Shown here: positions 39,486 to 52,817 of the stretch, piece by piece
Position numbering within the stretch: position 1 is the stretch's first letter
How the letters are laid out: each line of letters begins with the position of its first letter
Assembly (NCBI RefSeq): GCF_036321535.1
Contig: NC_087437.1
Coordinates: 46,564,001-46,628,000, forward strand
Source: Camelus dromedarius
Taxonomy: Eukaryota
Direction of reading: 5' to 3'
Length of the DNA: 64,000 nucleotides
Position numbers and translations under genes: made by a program
The notes under the pieces: model-generated
What the model saw: only the letters and a program-made list of their open reading frames with translations
The model's database searches: none
Told to the model about the DNA's origin: nothing

Positions 39486-40145
39486 CGTGGTGGCTTTTTA
39501 ATGTTTCAACTTGACTAAGCTGAACCATGTTCCTTAAAATTTACTTTCCTGTATGTTTTTGATGAGGATGGGCCACAAGACAGCTTCTTGGGGGAGATTT
39601 GGAGGGTGGAAGTGCAGCAGCGCCTCTGTTACAGCTAGTACCTGTGTTCCTTTTATGCTGGCTCACCTCATTGGTGTGCAGCAGCATAGTAGCCAGGCCT
39701 GCAACTGCTCTACCATCCAATGGATCTTCCTTTAGCTTTGCCAACTCCTGGGCACATGTGTGTTTTAGATCGATGACCAAGGGCCCTGGCTGCTTCAGGA
39801 CACTCACACCACCAGGGCCAGAGGCAATAAGAACACAGTTTCTTGTCATGGGCTCAAGTCGTGCTTTTGAATTTCAGCTTGTCTTTTATTTGATCCACTT
39901 TACATCAGTCTTCCCTTTCCAACTGCTTGCCTTGGACTTAAGGCTTTAGTGTCAAACTCAAGACAACAGCCTTATAGAGGCTGATTAACCAACTCTCAGA
40001 ATTGTGTAATGTCAAATTCTATTTTTTAAAATTCTATCTATATGTCTCCTCTATCTATCTATCATCAATCTATCTAATCTATCCATCTATTCTAGAAGTT
40101 TTCCTTGTCTAAGTGCTGAATGAACTCTAACCCTTGGCTGACACA
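39486..40145 (+). mobile_element. LTR41-like ERVL-class LTR in the 5' LTR position
   Basis: Starts (C)GTGGTGGCTTTTTAATGTTTCAACTTGACTAAGCTGAAC, internal GGAGATTTGGAGGGTGGAAGTGCAGCAGC, ends CCCTTGGCTGACACA. Confidence 0.7.
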
Positions 40146-40530
40146 GAGTTTGGCATCTGGAAGTGGTCCTGCTACAACAGAAGTTAAAATGTGGGAGTGG
40201 CTTTGGAATCAGGCAGTGTGTAGAAGTTGGAAACACTGTAAGAATTTTGAGGAGAGTATTGATGAAAACTTCAAATGCTTTAAATGTACTATTCATAGAA
40301 TTTTGAATTTTGTGAAGGCTGGCAGTGAAGACTTATTGGAATGGTAGGAAAATCTTATTGGGAACTGTTGTAAAGAGCATACATTTAGCAATACTTTTGC
40401 CTGCAGTAGTATGGAAAATAGAAAATATGCCTAATGAACTGAGAGAGCTACCCAAGGAGATATCTAAGCTGAGTGTTTAGATAACACCTGGTTTCTTCTT
40501 GCAGCTTGAATTAAAATGTGAGAAGAGAGA

Positions 40531-43500
40531 GAGAAGTAAGATGGTGGAGTAGAAGGATGCTTGTAGCTCACCCTCTCCCACAAATACACCAAAACTCACA
40601 TCCACGGACCCACTCAGCCAACCAGAGCACCTGCCAAACTCCGATAGAACATTGCCCTCTTCAAAAAACAAAGACGCCAAAAATCTGGTAGGAGAAAAGG
40701 AAAAAAGAAAGAAGAAAAAGCAAAACAGTGCGGGACCAATCCCGCGGGGAGGGAGCAGCAAAGGAGGACTGGTGCTCATTCTCTGGGTCTTCCCTCTCCA
40801 ACGGAGAGGCCAGCAGGACAGAGGGGGAGCCTCTGAGGCTCAGATATGCCTCGAGCACCCCTTGACTGACAGAACTAAGTTAAATGGGCACAAAGGGTCT
40901 GCACAACACCCAGCCTGAGATGCGAGCCAGCAGCTGTGGGCTGGGACAGGCTGCCTGAGCTGGGCGGAGGACTGGGGCGGCTGCACTGAGGCAGCCCTGG
41001 GGGACTGCAGGGTGTTGCACGCCGTGGCTGGGAAGGAATACAGAGCAGAACAACCTCGGTCCCCCATAAATTGCAAAAAAAGCAAAGCAACAGCTGGTGT
41101 GCCCTGGGGGGAGGGCACCATAGCCTTTGTCTCCTCAGACCTGCGCCGCCATTACTGGCACTTCTGGTGAGAAGTGAGGTGGGGCACAGCCACAGCTGCC
41201 ATCTCCTCCTGTGCTCAGCACCCGGATGGGGTCAGGGGCGGGGCCTAGCCCTGAATCTGCACGGGGGGCTCTGCAACTTCCTAGGCAGGACTGAGACTTG
41301 TTTACAGCCTGAGGCAGATAGGATCTTTCTGCCCTGGCAACTCAGAGAACTTGTGCTGCCAAGACAAACAAGGAGCTGAGATTTGGCACAGAGCAGGGCC
41401 GAGGCCATTCCACGGTCTTCCCCAAGCCCACCTTCAGAGCGCCGACCTGAGGCAGAGTGGGCAGCTGCACAGAGCAGCCGAGCAACTGGCACTGGGAGAG
41501 GATGGCGGCAGGTCGCTTTCCTGGCAGGAACACAGCATCTGCCCTCGGTGCTGGGAGGGGGCACAATCCGCCCACTTGCCTCCCCCAAGGGCAGCATCTG
41601 ACTGCGGCATCAGGAGGAGGAGTGACCTGCCCACCTACCGGGTAAGAGCTTAGCACCTGACCCAGTGTTGGGAGGGGGTGCGACCTGATAGCCAACAGCC
41701 ATGGAGCAGCACAGACGAGGATGCCAACAGAGGGCCTCTGGAAACAGCAAACTGAGTATGCAAAACAGGGCGAAGACACAAAGACCTCTCAATAAAATCA
41801 TTAAGAGCACACCATCTCCAGGAGAACTAGATAACTGATACTCCTTAAGCCACAGTGCCAGAGAGATATGAGCAATATGTAGAAGTAGAGGAACCACTCC
41901 CAATTAGATGATCAAGAGAAATCCCCTGAAAGCACGATCAAGGAAATAGACATTGATGGACTACTAGGATCAAGATTTCAAAAAGGAGTGATCAAAGTAC
42001 TGAAGGAACTAAAAGAAATAGTGTTTAGAGATATAAAATATGTCAAAAATGAAATAGAAGCTATAAAGAACCAAGTAGAATTAGTAAACTCATTTGCTAA
42101 GATGAGAGCTGACCTAAAGGCTGTGCAAAGCAGGCTAGATAATGCAGAGGAATGAATAAGTGACCTAGAAGAAAGGACAATGGAAAGCACCCAATCAGAA
42201 CAGCTGAGAGAAAAAACAGATAAAAAACAATGAAAACAATATAAGGGACCTATGGGATAATATAAAGCATGCCAATCTATGCATACTAGGGGTTCCAGAA
42301 GGGGAAGAAAGAACAAAGGGAATTGAAAAGGTATTTGAAGAAATCATGACTGAAAACTTCCCAAACCTAAAGGAATCAGATATCTGAGTACAGGAGGCTC
42401 AGAGGGTCCCAAACAGGAAGAACCCAAACAGACCCACACCAAGACATAATATAATCAAGATGGCCAGAGTCAAGGATAAAGAAATGATCCTAAAGGCAGC
42501 AAGAGAAAAACAAAGAGTGAGTTACAAGGGAACCCCCATAAGGCTCTCAGCTGATTTCTCTACACAAACACTACAGGCCAGAAGGATGTAGCAAGATATA
42601 TTCAAAATCTTGAATGAAAAAAAGATGAAGTCTAGGATACTCTATCCAGTAAGGCTATCCTTTAGACTAGAAGGAGAAATAAAGAACTTCACAGACAAGC
42701 AAAAACTAAAGAGTTTAGCAACACTAAACCCATGCTAAAAGAAATATTGACAGGTCTACTCTAAATAGAAAAGAAGCAGGATGCTACAAAAATGAGAAAC
42801 TCATAACTGGAAAGGAGATAACTGCCATGAATTACAAAAAGAATAAACACAAAATTGTAAAAGAAGACATCTAAATCATTAAGAGTGGGAGAGGGAAGCA
42901 AGGAAAGCCACTGTGGAAAACAGTATGGAGATTCCTCAAAAGACTAGGAACAGACTTACCATATGACCCAGGAATCCCGCTCCTGGGCATATATCCAGAA
43001 GGAACCCTACTTCTAAATGACACCTGCACCCCAATGTTCATAGCAGCACTATTTACAATAGCCAAGACATGGAAAAAGCCTAAATGTCCATCAACAGATG
43101 ACTGGATAAAGAAGAGGTGGTATATTTATACAATGGAATACTATTCAGCCACAAAAACCGACAACATAACACCATTTGCAGCAACATTGATGTTCCTGGA
43201 GAATGTCATTCTAAGTGAAGTAAGCCAGAAGGAGCAAGAAAAATACCATATGAGATTGCTCATATGAGGAATCTAAAAACAAAACAAAACAAAACAAAAA
43301 ACATAAATACAAAACAGAAATAGACTCATAGACATAGAATACAAACTTGTGGTTGCCAAGGGGGCTGGGGGTGGGAAGGCACAGACTGGAATTTTAAAAT
43401 GCAGAATAGATAAATAAGATTATACTGTATAGCACAGGGAAATATATACAAGATCTTGTGGTAGCTCATAGCAGAAAAAAAAGTGACAATGAATATATAT

Positions 43501-43601
43501 ATGTTCATGTATAACTGAAAAATTGTGCTCTATACTAGAATTTGACACAACATTGTAAAATGACTATTACTCAAGAAAAAAAAAAGTTAAAAAAAATAAA
43601 G
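40531..43601 (+). mobile_element. Lineage-specific L1 with 5' UTR, ORF1, most of ORF2 deleted, 3' UTR and A-rich tail
   Basis: Start AAGATGGTGGAGTAGAAGG; CpG-rich 5' UTR; jump at about 42906 into ORF2 C-terminus (MFIAALFTIAKTWKKPKCPSTDDWIKK); TSD TAAAATGTGAGA(A/T)GAGAGA at 40512-40530 and 43602-43620, 18/19. Confidence 0.95.
41868..42764 (+). pseudogene. Disrupted L1 ORF1
   Basis: ATG at 41868 gives MSNM*K*RNHSQLDDQEKSPE; later EEIMTENFPNL and ILKAAREKQRVSYKGTPIRLSADFS; ends CTACTCTAA; contains stops and frameshifts. Confidence 0.88.
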
Positions 43602-44321
43602 TAAAATGTGAGATGAGAGAAACTCAGGGAAGGACTGGTAACCAAAGAGAAGCCAGGACATGATGGTTTGAAAGCTCTCAGACTCTTTAGATGGTCCAAG
43701 ATGCTGGAAAAAAAAAAAAAAAAAAAAGTTGCACCGAGCAAACATTAAAGCTAGGGCAAGACCAGGAAAACATTGTACTAAGGAGATAAAGTCCAGGGTG
43801 TGGCCACTGAATCTTTTATTAAGATCTTGGAAAGATCTAAGGTGGTGCCTCAGAGAACCTTTAGTCAGATTAGCCCTTCAAAGAGTTTAAGAGTGTGCCA
43901 TGGAATCTCTCAATCAAGCAATAGGGCTTCTAGAAACATTTGCCTGGCTGAATTTCAGAATTGCCCTAGACTAGTTAGTTCTTCTGTGTCTCCCACACAC
44001 CACAGGACTGTCTATAGTGGTTCTTCTATGCCTGTCCCACCGCTGCATGTTGGATGAGTATTGGGGGTAGGGCAGGGAGGCAGATGATTTGGGTTTTTTG
44101 TTTGTTTGTTTCATAAATCTACAAATCTCAAGGAACTATATTTGAGGCATTATTCTAAGAGATTACACTTGAGGACGCAGGTCCACACCTGGACCTTATT
44201 TAGATGATGAGATTCAGGGCTTTGAGCTGATATTGAGGTGGGATGAGAATTTTGGGTGGGGGGGCAGTGAGTATATTTTGCATTTGAGAGGTATGTAAAT
44301 CATTGGAGGCCAGAGATAGAC

Positions 44322-44844
44322 TATAGTAATTTCTAAGGTGTCCTCCCAATGACCGCTGCCTCTGGGATTCAGTTTTATATACTCTCTTCCTGTTGAGTGT
44401 GGTCTGGGCTTTTCAACTCACTTCTAGCAAGTAGAATACAGCGGAAGTGATAGGATGTCAATTCCGAGATGAGGTTATAAAAGACTGTGGTTTCCATATG
44501 GGAGCTTCTCTCACTCTTTTTTGAATGGCTCAGCCTAGGGAAGCCAGCTGCCATACCATGAGGCATCCCTGCGGTGAGTTCCATGGGAGTGAGCTTAAAA
44601 GTAGACCTTCTGAGGTGTGCCAACAGCCATGTGAATAAGCTTGCATCCTCCCTGGTCAATCCTTGAGATGACTGCAGCCCCAGCCAAAACTGAATGTACT
44701 TCATAAGAGAACCTGAGCCAGATTGAGCCAGGTAATCAGCTCCTGGATTCCTGATCTATAAAAACTGTTGCATAATAAATGTTTTACAATTTTCAGCCTT
44801 TAAGTGTTGGGATAATTTGTTATGTAGAAAAGGATAAAAATCCA
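44322..44844 (+). mobile_element. MLT1F-like MaLR LTR in the 3' LTR position
   Basis: CTCACTTCTAGCAAGTAGAATACAGCGGAAGTGATAGGATGTCA...GGGAAGCCAGCTGCCAT...CCTTGAGATGACTGCAGCCCCAGCCA...AATAAATGTT...GGATAATTTGTTATGTAG. Confidence 0.85.
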
Positions 44845-45154
44845 TTTATACTTTAGAGAGTAAACTATACTAAAATGTTCTAAATGCTATTGTGTAATCT
44901 CTTATGAAGAGGCAATTCCAATCTAATAGGATGATGTTGTCAGTGAATCCTTTAGTCACCATCTGAAGAATGCCACCCTCAGATTTGGTCTCCTACCTCT
45001 CCACTCTCTTACATGTTATTATGATTAATCAATTCCTTTAATTATAAAAAATGATAGCTAAAAAGGGCATTAGAGCATGATATTCCCTTGTGTCCTTGGA
45101 ATTCTCCGAGATTAGAATACTCAAGAGTAAAATGGGTTGGATTAATATTTAAGA

Positions 45155-45365
45155 ATAGCTGACCTTTATGGCATGCTTAATCTGTACCAGGAACTGTGAA
45201 AATTGCTTTATATAATCATTTTAGATAAATCTCGTAACAACTCTTTGGAGTATATATCATTATCATTCCTACTTTAGGGAGACTTGCCCAGTGTCACACA
45301 GGAGGTGGATCTGAAATGTGAACTTAGGTCTGCCTGTCTGCAAGGTCTAAGCTCATAATCACTCC
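45155..45365 (-). mobile_element. MIR SINE relic
   Basis: AATAGCTGACCTTTATGGCATGCTTAATCTGTACCAGGAACTGTG...GACTTGCCCAGTGTCACACAG. Confidence 0.7.
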
Positions 45366-46953
45366 AGGCAAAGATCTCCTATGCCTCTGTGCATAAACAG
45401 GCTAATAAACTATAATGGGTGGAGTCTCTTCATGGCTAGTGCTGGTGAAATAGAACCAGGGTAAGCCTTTTCCATGTCTTCGCAGACGCTGCCTAAGGTG
45501 GGTTTTGAATTTAAACAGGTCCCTTTGCCAAATCTGAGCCCATAATATTTTTGAAAGGAGGGGTGATTACTCAAGATGAAATAAATTTTATCACCAGGGT
45601 ATAGCTTCTGTCCCTAAGAAAACTTCAGCTGATCTTAAATGCTGTCTAGAATGTGGGAAATTCTTGGACTGGACAGTTGTATTGATTTTCAAGATCAAAA
45701 GCACATGATCTTAAGCAATCAGTCTCAGCGTTTACAGAGACATTTGGTTGAACAGAACAAAAACTTCATGCTTATGCCTGGAACCAAGACTACTACCTCT
45801 CTGTTTCTCACTAAGGGAAAAGGGAACTGGCATGTATGGGAAACTGTTGTGTGCTAGAGAATTTATGATATGTTTTATGCATCTAGGGTCATTCTGACAA
45901 ATATCATCAACTCACTTGTTTGTTATTTTTAAAAGAATTGAAATATAAAATACAATGGACTCCTTGATATTAACAACTATCTTTGTTCTATTTGAGAAAG
46001 CAGATCTTTCTAAAAAAGAATTTGGCATTAGTACAATTTTTTAAAATGGAATTTTGGTTAAGGTTCTTAACTAAATATCTATTTTCATTTGCTTTTCCCT
46101 CTAATTCTCCAATAGACTAATTTTTTTTATGATTTACAATATCCCTTCTATCTCTCACTTTTAAGTTTTAGCATAATTAAAAAAATAATTGTTGGAAAAT
46201 ACAATACATGTTTTTTGGGTTGACTTTCTCATAGTGAAACTATGCATTCAATAACAGGGTAATGGTCAGGCCAAAGTTTATCTTATCACACCAGAGTTTC
46301 AGGTCATTTCCAGTTTCCCTATTTTTTCTTTTTAGACTTTCACTTGAAAAGAAAATTAATTGGGAAACACCAGCAAAGCTTTTTTCCTTCCTCTTTTGGC
46401 TACTCAACTGCCAGCTGCCAGTTCTTTCTGATTTCTTTATCAGATGTGCACAAGATACAGGGAATTTGTGACTGTTTCTGGAGTTGGCAATAGTTAAATG
46501 GAATTATAGAGAATGACTCAAACTAACATGTATTTTGTGGAGTCTTTTGATTACACACAGCATTCTCTGAGACATAAAAGCCTCTTGAAGGATTAGCTTG
46601 CTAGGGAGAATTAACATTCTGGAAGATTTGTTTCACATTTCAATGATAAAATTATTTCCCCAAAATGCTCTCTGTAAAAAATGTCTCCATTGTCACAAAT
46701 ATCTGAGCTCTTGGGGGCCAGAATCAGGGCACAATTTGCATAGATTAAATACACACATAAACACATGTACATTTTGTAATCCAAAGGTCTCTTGGTTGTG
46801 TTATTGTTACCCTCTCTGGAAAGTTTTATCAGAGTAACTATACTGTCTCTTCATAAAAGCCTGTAACACAGACCATGGAAACACTGTTGTAGAAACCTTA
46901 GTTGAACCACTGATGTATTGCAGTTGTATTAAGATGCCAGCTGAATTAATTTG

Positions 46954-47000
46954 GTTAAAATCCGAGTATGTTAAAATCCAAGATGTTAAAATCCGAGTAT
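46954..47000. repeat. Three-copy 15-16 bp tandem repeat
   Basis: GTTAAAATCCGAGTAT / GTTAAAATCCAAGAT / GTTAAAATCCGAGTAT. Confidence 0.9.
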
Positions 47001-50000
47001 CCATAGACTAGTGTGAAATATTATTTATTTATTTATTTGTTTGTTTGTTTGTTTGTTTTACTTAACTCCTTAAGGGACCTAAATCATGTATTATAAACAA
47101 CTTACTTTATGATAACTCTTTTGATAGATTTAAATATTCTTTTTTTTTCAAATGGGATTTTTGCATATTGCTATTGAGTTAGCTACATCAACAAGTTCTC
47201 TGAAATTAATTATTTTTATCAAAATATCTAATCTGCTGATTCAAATTTTTAGTTGTATTATATTTCTATCTTGTTGGAATTGCAGTCATAAAGTTTTAAC
47301 ATTGGAAAGTAACTTAGAGGAAATGTTGTGCAGTTACTTAGTTTCTCATCAGAAAGTGCAGAGAGATTGAGTAATTTTGCACATTTAGCTAATGACAAAC
47401 CACCGTAACCAAGAAACAAGATGGGACTCAAAAGCTACCTTCTCTGTGAAGAAGAACCTATGTTCAAGTGAAAATCTGACTTTGGAAATTCACTTTGCAA
47501 ATTAGCTCAATAGTTGTCTCTAAGGCCAAATGTCCATGGCTTACAGGCTCCCAACAAGACATTTCATAGAGGAGAGATAATGGGGTGAATCTGTGCTCTT
47601 CCCCCTTATCTAAGCCCTCCTTAGGCCAGGTTCCCACATTCCAGCTTTCCTATTCCAAAATACACTGGGGTGAGGCATTCTAGAGAGTTTAGCTCTGAGT
47701 ATGAAATGCTCTGTGACAGGAGAAATTCAGAGAGTGTGTACTTGTGTGAATATGAGAGCATGTTTATGAGGCCAGGATGAGGGTGAGCACAATGGAGAGG
47801 TAGGTAGAGGGGAGAAGAGAGCTGTGATACTTCTGGAAATAATTTGCTCCCATGTCACCCCCTGTAAAAGGCATCTCCCTAAAATCAGGCAGGCATAATG
47901 AATGGTGTGATACCTGGTAGCCTGCACAGTTATAAATATATGGCCTTTCATCCTAGAGATGGCCCATTACCACTCACTATAACAGTCTGTCACAGTGCTG
48001 CTCTGGGGCCATTCATTTTTCATGACCCTCTTGGCGCTGTGACTGGGATTTCCTGAAACCATGCTCGGGTCCTTGCCCAATGAATGCTACACATTAATAC
48101 CTTTTGATGCCTTTCTTCCAAAGGTTATCATGTGTTGCTTTTATTTGTGTGTATGTGTGTGTGTTCTTCCAAAGTCAAAGAAATAAGCAAATAAAGCAAA
48201 AACTAAGCTTGGCTTTGCTGGAAACACAGCTTATTCACAGAGTGAAGATTGACTAAAATTTAATCTTAGGAGGTTACAGAAGTTTAAAATTTACAGTTTA
48301 ATGCATAGGAGGTAAGAAATTTAAAAAAACAGTTAAAAAATTATCTCACCATTCTCAAGGCTCAAATTTCACATCATGAAAGGCAAACTTTAACATAGCA
48401 ATTGCAGCAAAGCAATTTTCTGATTTTCTGGCTGCTTCAAATAACAGTTGTCCCTTTGATAATATTGACACCTATCTCCTTTCACAATCTAGTGCTTCTC
48501 CTGCACTTTGTAACATATCCCATCTGTTTTTTAGGGCCACTGTCATAAGGAAGCCTGGAAGAGTGAAAGAAAGGTCTGATTGATCACAAGGTCCTATCAA
48601 ATGTCAAAGCTGGCCCTGGCTGACCTCCCATCTATTCAGAGCTGCTTTGATTTAATCTCCAAACTGGCTGCTTCTCCAGGCTGTGAGTTCTATCTGCAAC
48701 CCATGTGTCAGCATTGAGATATGACCTGCTTCACGCTCCATTCATCTCATTTGAAGGACGGAAATTAAACTGGAGGGTCGGAGAGGGGAACTGCTCAAAA
48801 TACACACACATTAACTGAAGCCTTTTGTGTGGGTGCATTATAGGAGTTTGAACAACCATTAAAAATTATATTAAAATGAAATTGATCTTTACAGCACTGA
48901 AATGGTTTAGAACTTTTCCTCCCATCACCACCCACTTCATCTATTCTTCCTTCCCTCCCCAGGTTGTAATAACCATATGAACTTAATCTCATTAAGGTTC
49001 AACGTAAAAGGAGAATTTTCTAATTTACAATTTTTCAGTTTCTTTTAAAAGGTGTTCCTATTGCCTGCAATTTGCACAGTAAATATTAAAAAAAAAAGAT
49101 GCAAAAAGCTGGTAACCAGACTAATAGACATATAGACAAATTTGTTAAGCATTATTGAGTTGTTTAAGTTTCATCTTTCAAGATTTTAAAAAATTTAATT
49201 AAAACTCCACCTTTGGGAATAGTCCTATAACTATCAGCACGCAATGCTACAATATAAATCTACATAGCCTCAGTTCCATTTTTTATTTCTAAACTCCCCC
49301 TGCTCTTTCCATTTGCCCTTTTGTACTATTGATCAAGGCCAGTAACTAAGTAAAAGCTTGATTCCTTATAGATTTGCTTGTTATAATAAACTCAAAAATC
49401 AACTCTATTTCATTTACTAGAGGTGTCCCAAAACTGTATTTTAAGTGTGCTGGGAAGTTAGCTATGTTTATTTCTGTGTTTGTTTGTTTGTTCATACATT
49501 CATGTATTTGTTATTTGAACTCCATACTAAAATGATATCCAGGTAGGGAAATGTTTTTTATTTAAAAAGGATATTGTGTATTTTCCATTATGACAGTAGA
49601 AAATATTCAATATCAAAAAAAAAAAAATCAGCAAAGACAGATGAGGAGAGAGATTGAGACAGAGAGAGAGAAATAGAGAGAGAACAGCAAATATCAAAAA
49701 TGTAAATGCTACTGACCAGAATAATCAGCATCAGTACCTTAGGGTTAATCTTTCCCTTCTTCTGGTATATACACACACATACTTTTTATTTCCTTTATGT
49801 GAAATCACATTGTTCCTTCTTGGGAGAAGACCACAGCCTACAGTTTCAGTTTTTCTGGTCATCTTCTTTAATGTCTATAATATTATTTTGTATGGGAGTG
49901 ATTATTTTGTTTTGTTCATATTGTATTGATGGCCATTTAGATTTTCTAAATTTTTACTACTGTAAATGTTATTATATAAAAATATTTTTATGCTCCCACG

Positions 50001-50533
50001 ATTTTATCCAAAATTCTCTAATCTTGGCCAAAGGATTGCCCAATTTAATACTTGTAGTCAAAGATACTGTGTTTTCTCTTATGGTTCTTCATTTGAACAC
50101 CATTTGGAAATAACTTTTCTTCTTAGATAATCATATATCTTTTCTTTAGTACATATTGTTTATTTGGTTTATATTTAATATGTGTGCAAGCAAATGAGCA
50201 CTATAGTAGTGAACATTAATGCTATTTCTACATAAGCCATTTCACAAGACTTATGGGAAAGTTGCAAACACTATAGTTATATGAAAAGAGAGATTTTGAG
50301 TATCTATGGTATTCAAAGAATGCCATTTAAGCATTCAGTTTTGCAAGTAGGGAAGCAGGAGAACATGAGATGATTGTATTTCTCTTGTACTGCTTCTCAG
50401 TAAAATCTCTCTTCCTGCATAGCCTTATGCAAATATCTTATTACTCAAGGTGGAATGTGTTGGAAAATATGCATTTTGCAAGTTAATTAATTCTTTGCAG
50501 TATAGGGTAGAAAGTGAGTTCATTGCTTTAATA

Positions 50534-50743
50534 TAGTACTTTGCAATAGAACTTTTCCAATGATGGAAATGTTGTATATCTGCACTGCTCAATATGGTGG
50601 CCACTGGCTACATCTGGCTGTTCAACATGTGAAATGAAGTTAATGCAACTGAGGAACTGAATAATTATCTTAATGTAATTTAAATTCAAAATTTAAATCA
50701 ATTAGCCAGATGTGGCCAGTGGCTATCTTATTGAATAACACAG
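50534..50743. mobile_element. MER3 hAT-Charlie MITE, full length
   Basis: CAATAGAACTTTTCCAATGATGGAAATGTTGTATATCTGCACTG...GTGGCCAGTGGCTATCTTATTG; perfect 8-bp TSD CTTTAATA at 50526-50533 and 50744-50751. Confidence 0.92.
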
Positions 50744-52817
50744 CTTTAATAGTCTTACCATTATTTGAGCCATTGTAGTAGTTTGTGAAGCATTATAGAC
50801 ATTTACCTAGTTAGTCAAGTTTATTTCATTGAAAAGTAAATATTAGGGAAAAGCTTATAATCATGGAATAGAATAATAAGAAGAAAGATAACAAAAACTA
50901 CTTTTGCATTGAGAGACATTTTTCACAATTTCTTTCAGGGAGGAGGATGGAAAATTTCAACAAGGCAAAGGTGACGAAAATGTCTTCATGGAATCTTTGT
51001 GTAAGATGGATTAGCAAAGAATAAGATGATTTCAGTTCTAAGGTAGGGTTTTGACCCTAACCACATATTGACCTGTGGTAAGTCATTTTTGGTGGTCTTA
51101 GTTACTTGATATTCATAATAAGGGGCTTCAAATAAATTATTTTCTTTGTTCTCACTGTGGGTAAATTACAAGAATCTCTTCTGTTGCGTATTCAGAATTA
51201 AGTACTACTTTTCCCCTTCATATTTCAATAATGTGTATAAGCACCCAGGGCCAGATATCTTGCAGGTGTTCAGTAAGTATTTGTTGAATGAACGAATGCA
51301 CTTAGTTGTCTCGCTGGGTCAACTGCTCCTTTCACTGCCCATTCCTGTGGTTTGATATTTTCCACACTCAGACTTTAGCAAAGTTTTTAGATGTAGATGG
51401 TTTTGATGGAGGCGAAATCTTTTGCTACAAGTAAGTAGTAGAGGATCTCTGCTGTGAAATTGCTAAAAGGGTCTCCTTCAAAGAAGCATGAGATTCCAGA
51501 ACTTGGCTGACCTTCTTAAAGGAAACCCCTTGAGTTGCTCTTAAAGGCTTGGGTGGGGTACAACGAGGTGATGGTGGGAAGGCAGGAGAAGGGCTAGAGT
51601 GTACCTAAGGCTCACTTTCCTGGAACACTAATCACCTATGACTTTTCTGAGAAGGAGTTCCCCTAACTCAGTAATAATAACTAGCTTGATCACTTGAGTT
51701 AAGAATAAACTTTCCTTCATTCATATTCTGACATGTATTTTGCTTGTAAGATATTTAATATCACTCTCTTTGGCATGTAGCTAACTTTTAATGTGATGAT
51801 GTCTTTTTATTCTAACAAAAGTGCTAACTTCATTAAGGGCTGATGACCTTTATTCCCGGCACATAGTTCTCTATATCACACAAACCTCAGTTCAGTGTAA
51901 GCTACTCTACCCAACACAAGATCAAACAAATGGGAAAATATTATCTAAACAGGAAAGCACTGTACTGACATCAGTAGTTATTATGATAAGAATTGATGTT
52001 GTAGGTAATTTAATAATTACTCTTACTTCTGGTACATACTCTCCTCCAGGAACTTGGCAGCTGGTTAACATTTTCTGGGCTCACTAAAGAGGCCCTGAAA
52101 TCTTCCCAGAATTTCTAAGATTTCAATCCTACAAGAATATATAAGGAAAATACATTATACTCTTCACTGAGAAGAGATAATATTAAAAATTAACGCCCAT
52201 TTCAGTCCTCTGGGATGCAGGATAATTCAGGGGAGGAGAGGAGGTCTGTCACTATCTTTTTCAAGGGCAATTCACAACAACACTTTGAGTGATAAATCCC
52301 TGAAGCTTGATGTCCTTCTTCCTATGCTAGAGTGGGAGTGTTGACAATGGCTCCTCTTAAAAGTAGCAATATTTCATTTTAAATTAGTGCATCTGTTTGA
52401 GAAAAAAGCAGTGTACAGTAGGAGCTATATAGTTATTTCTATCCTTTACTGTCATGAATTTAACAACTCAAATTGTGTCTTAAGGAAATAGCCCAATAGA
52501 AACAAAAATCTAAGTTAATGAATACCTTGAGCCTATCAATAATAATAATAAAAAAACTTGGAAACAATTTAGATACTTAATATTAGGGAAATGCTTAAAG
52601 AAATTACAGTGTACTAGCAAGAAACACATTTGAAAGATGTTAACATTTGGCATTTTACAGCCTATACATATACATGGAAAGTGTTTATGTCATTAAGTCA
52701 AGTGAAAAGAAAAAGAAGAATGCATTATTTGTACTCCAGTGCATGAGATGCTTACATGTATATGGACATTAACATTTCCCAAATACTGTTGTTTCATTGG
52801 GTTTACATTATCTAAAG

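Larger units (their letters stand above)
40146..44321 (+). mobile_element. MaLR internal region (MLT1F-int-like), split by the L1 at 40531-43601
   Basis: Begins GAGTTTGGCATCTGGAAGTGG...AAAATGTGGGAGTGGCTTTGGAA, resumes after the L1, ends with purine-rich GGAGGCCAGAGATAGAC before the 3' LTR. Confidence 0.75.

Noticed and set aside
40477..41903. Cluster of overlapping 60-145 aa ORFs and an apparent CpG island
   Set aside because: This is the GC-rich L1 5' UTR, where stop codons are rare; it is not a host gene promoter.
43708..43727. A20 run as the tail of a separate retrocopy
   Set aside because: No TSD or upstream transcript-like body; it lies within continuous MaLR internal sequence and is best read as a homopolymer expansion.
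46954..47000. CRISPR-like direct repeats
   Set aside because: The repeats are contiguous with no spacers, only 15-16 bp long, and in mammalian DNA.
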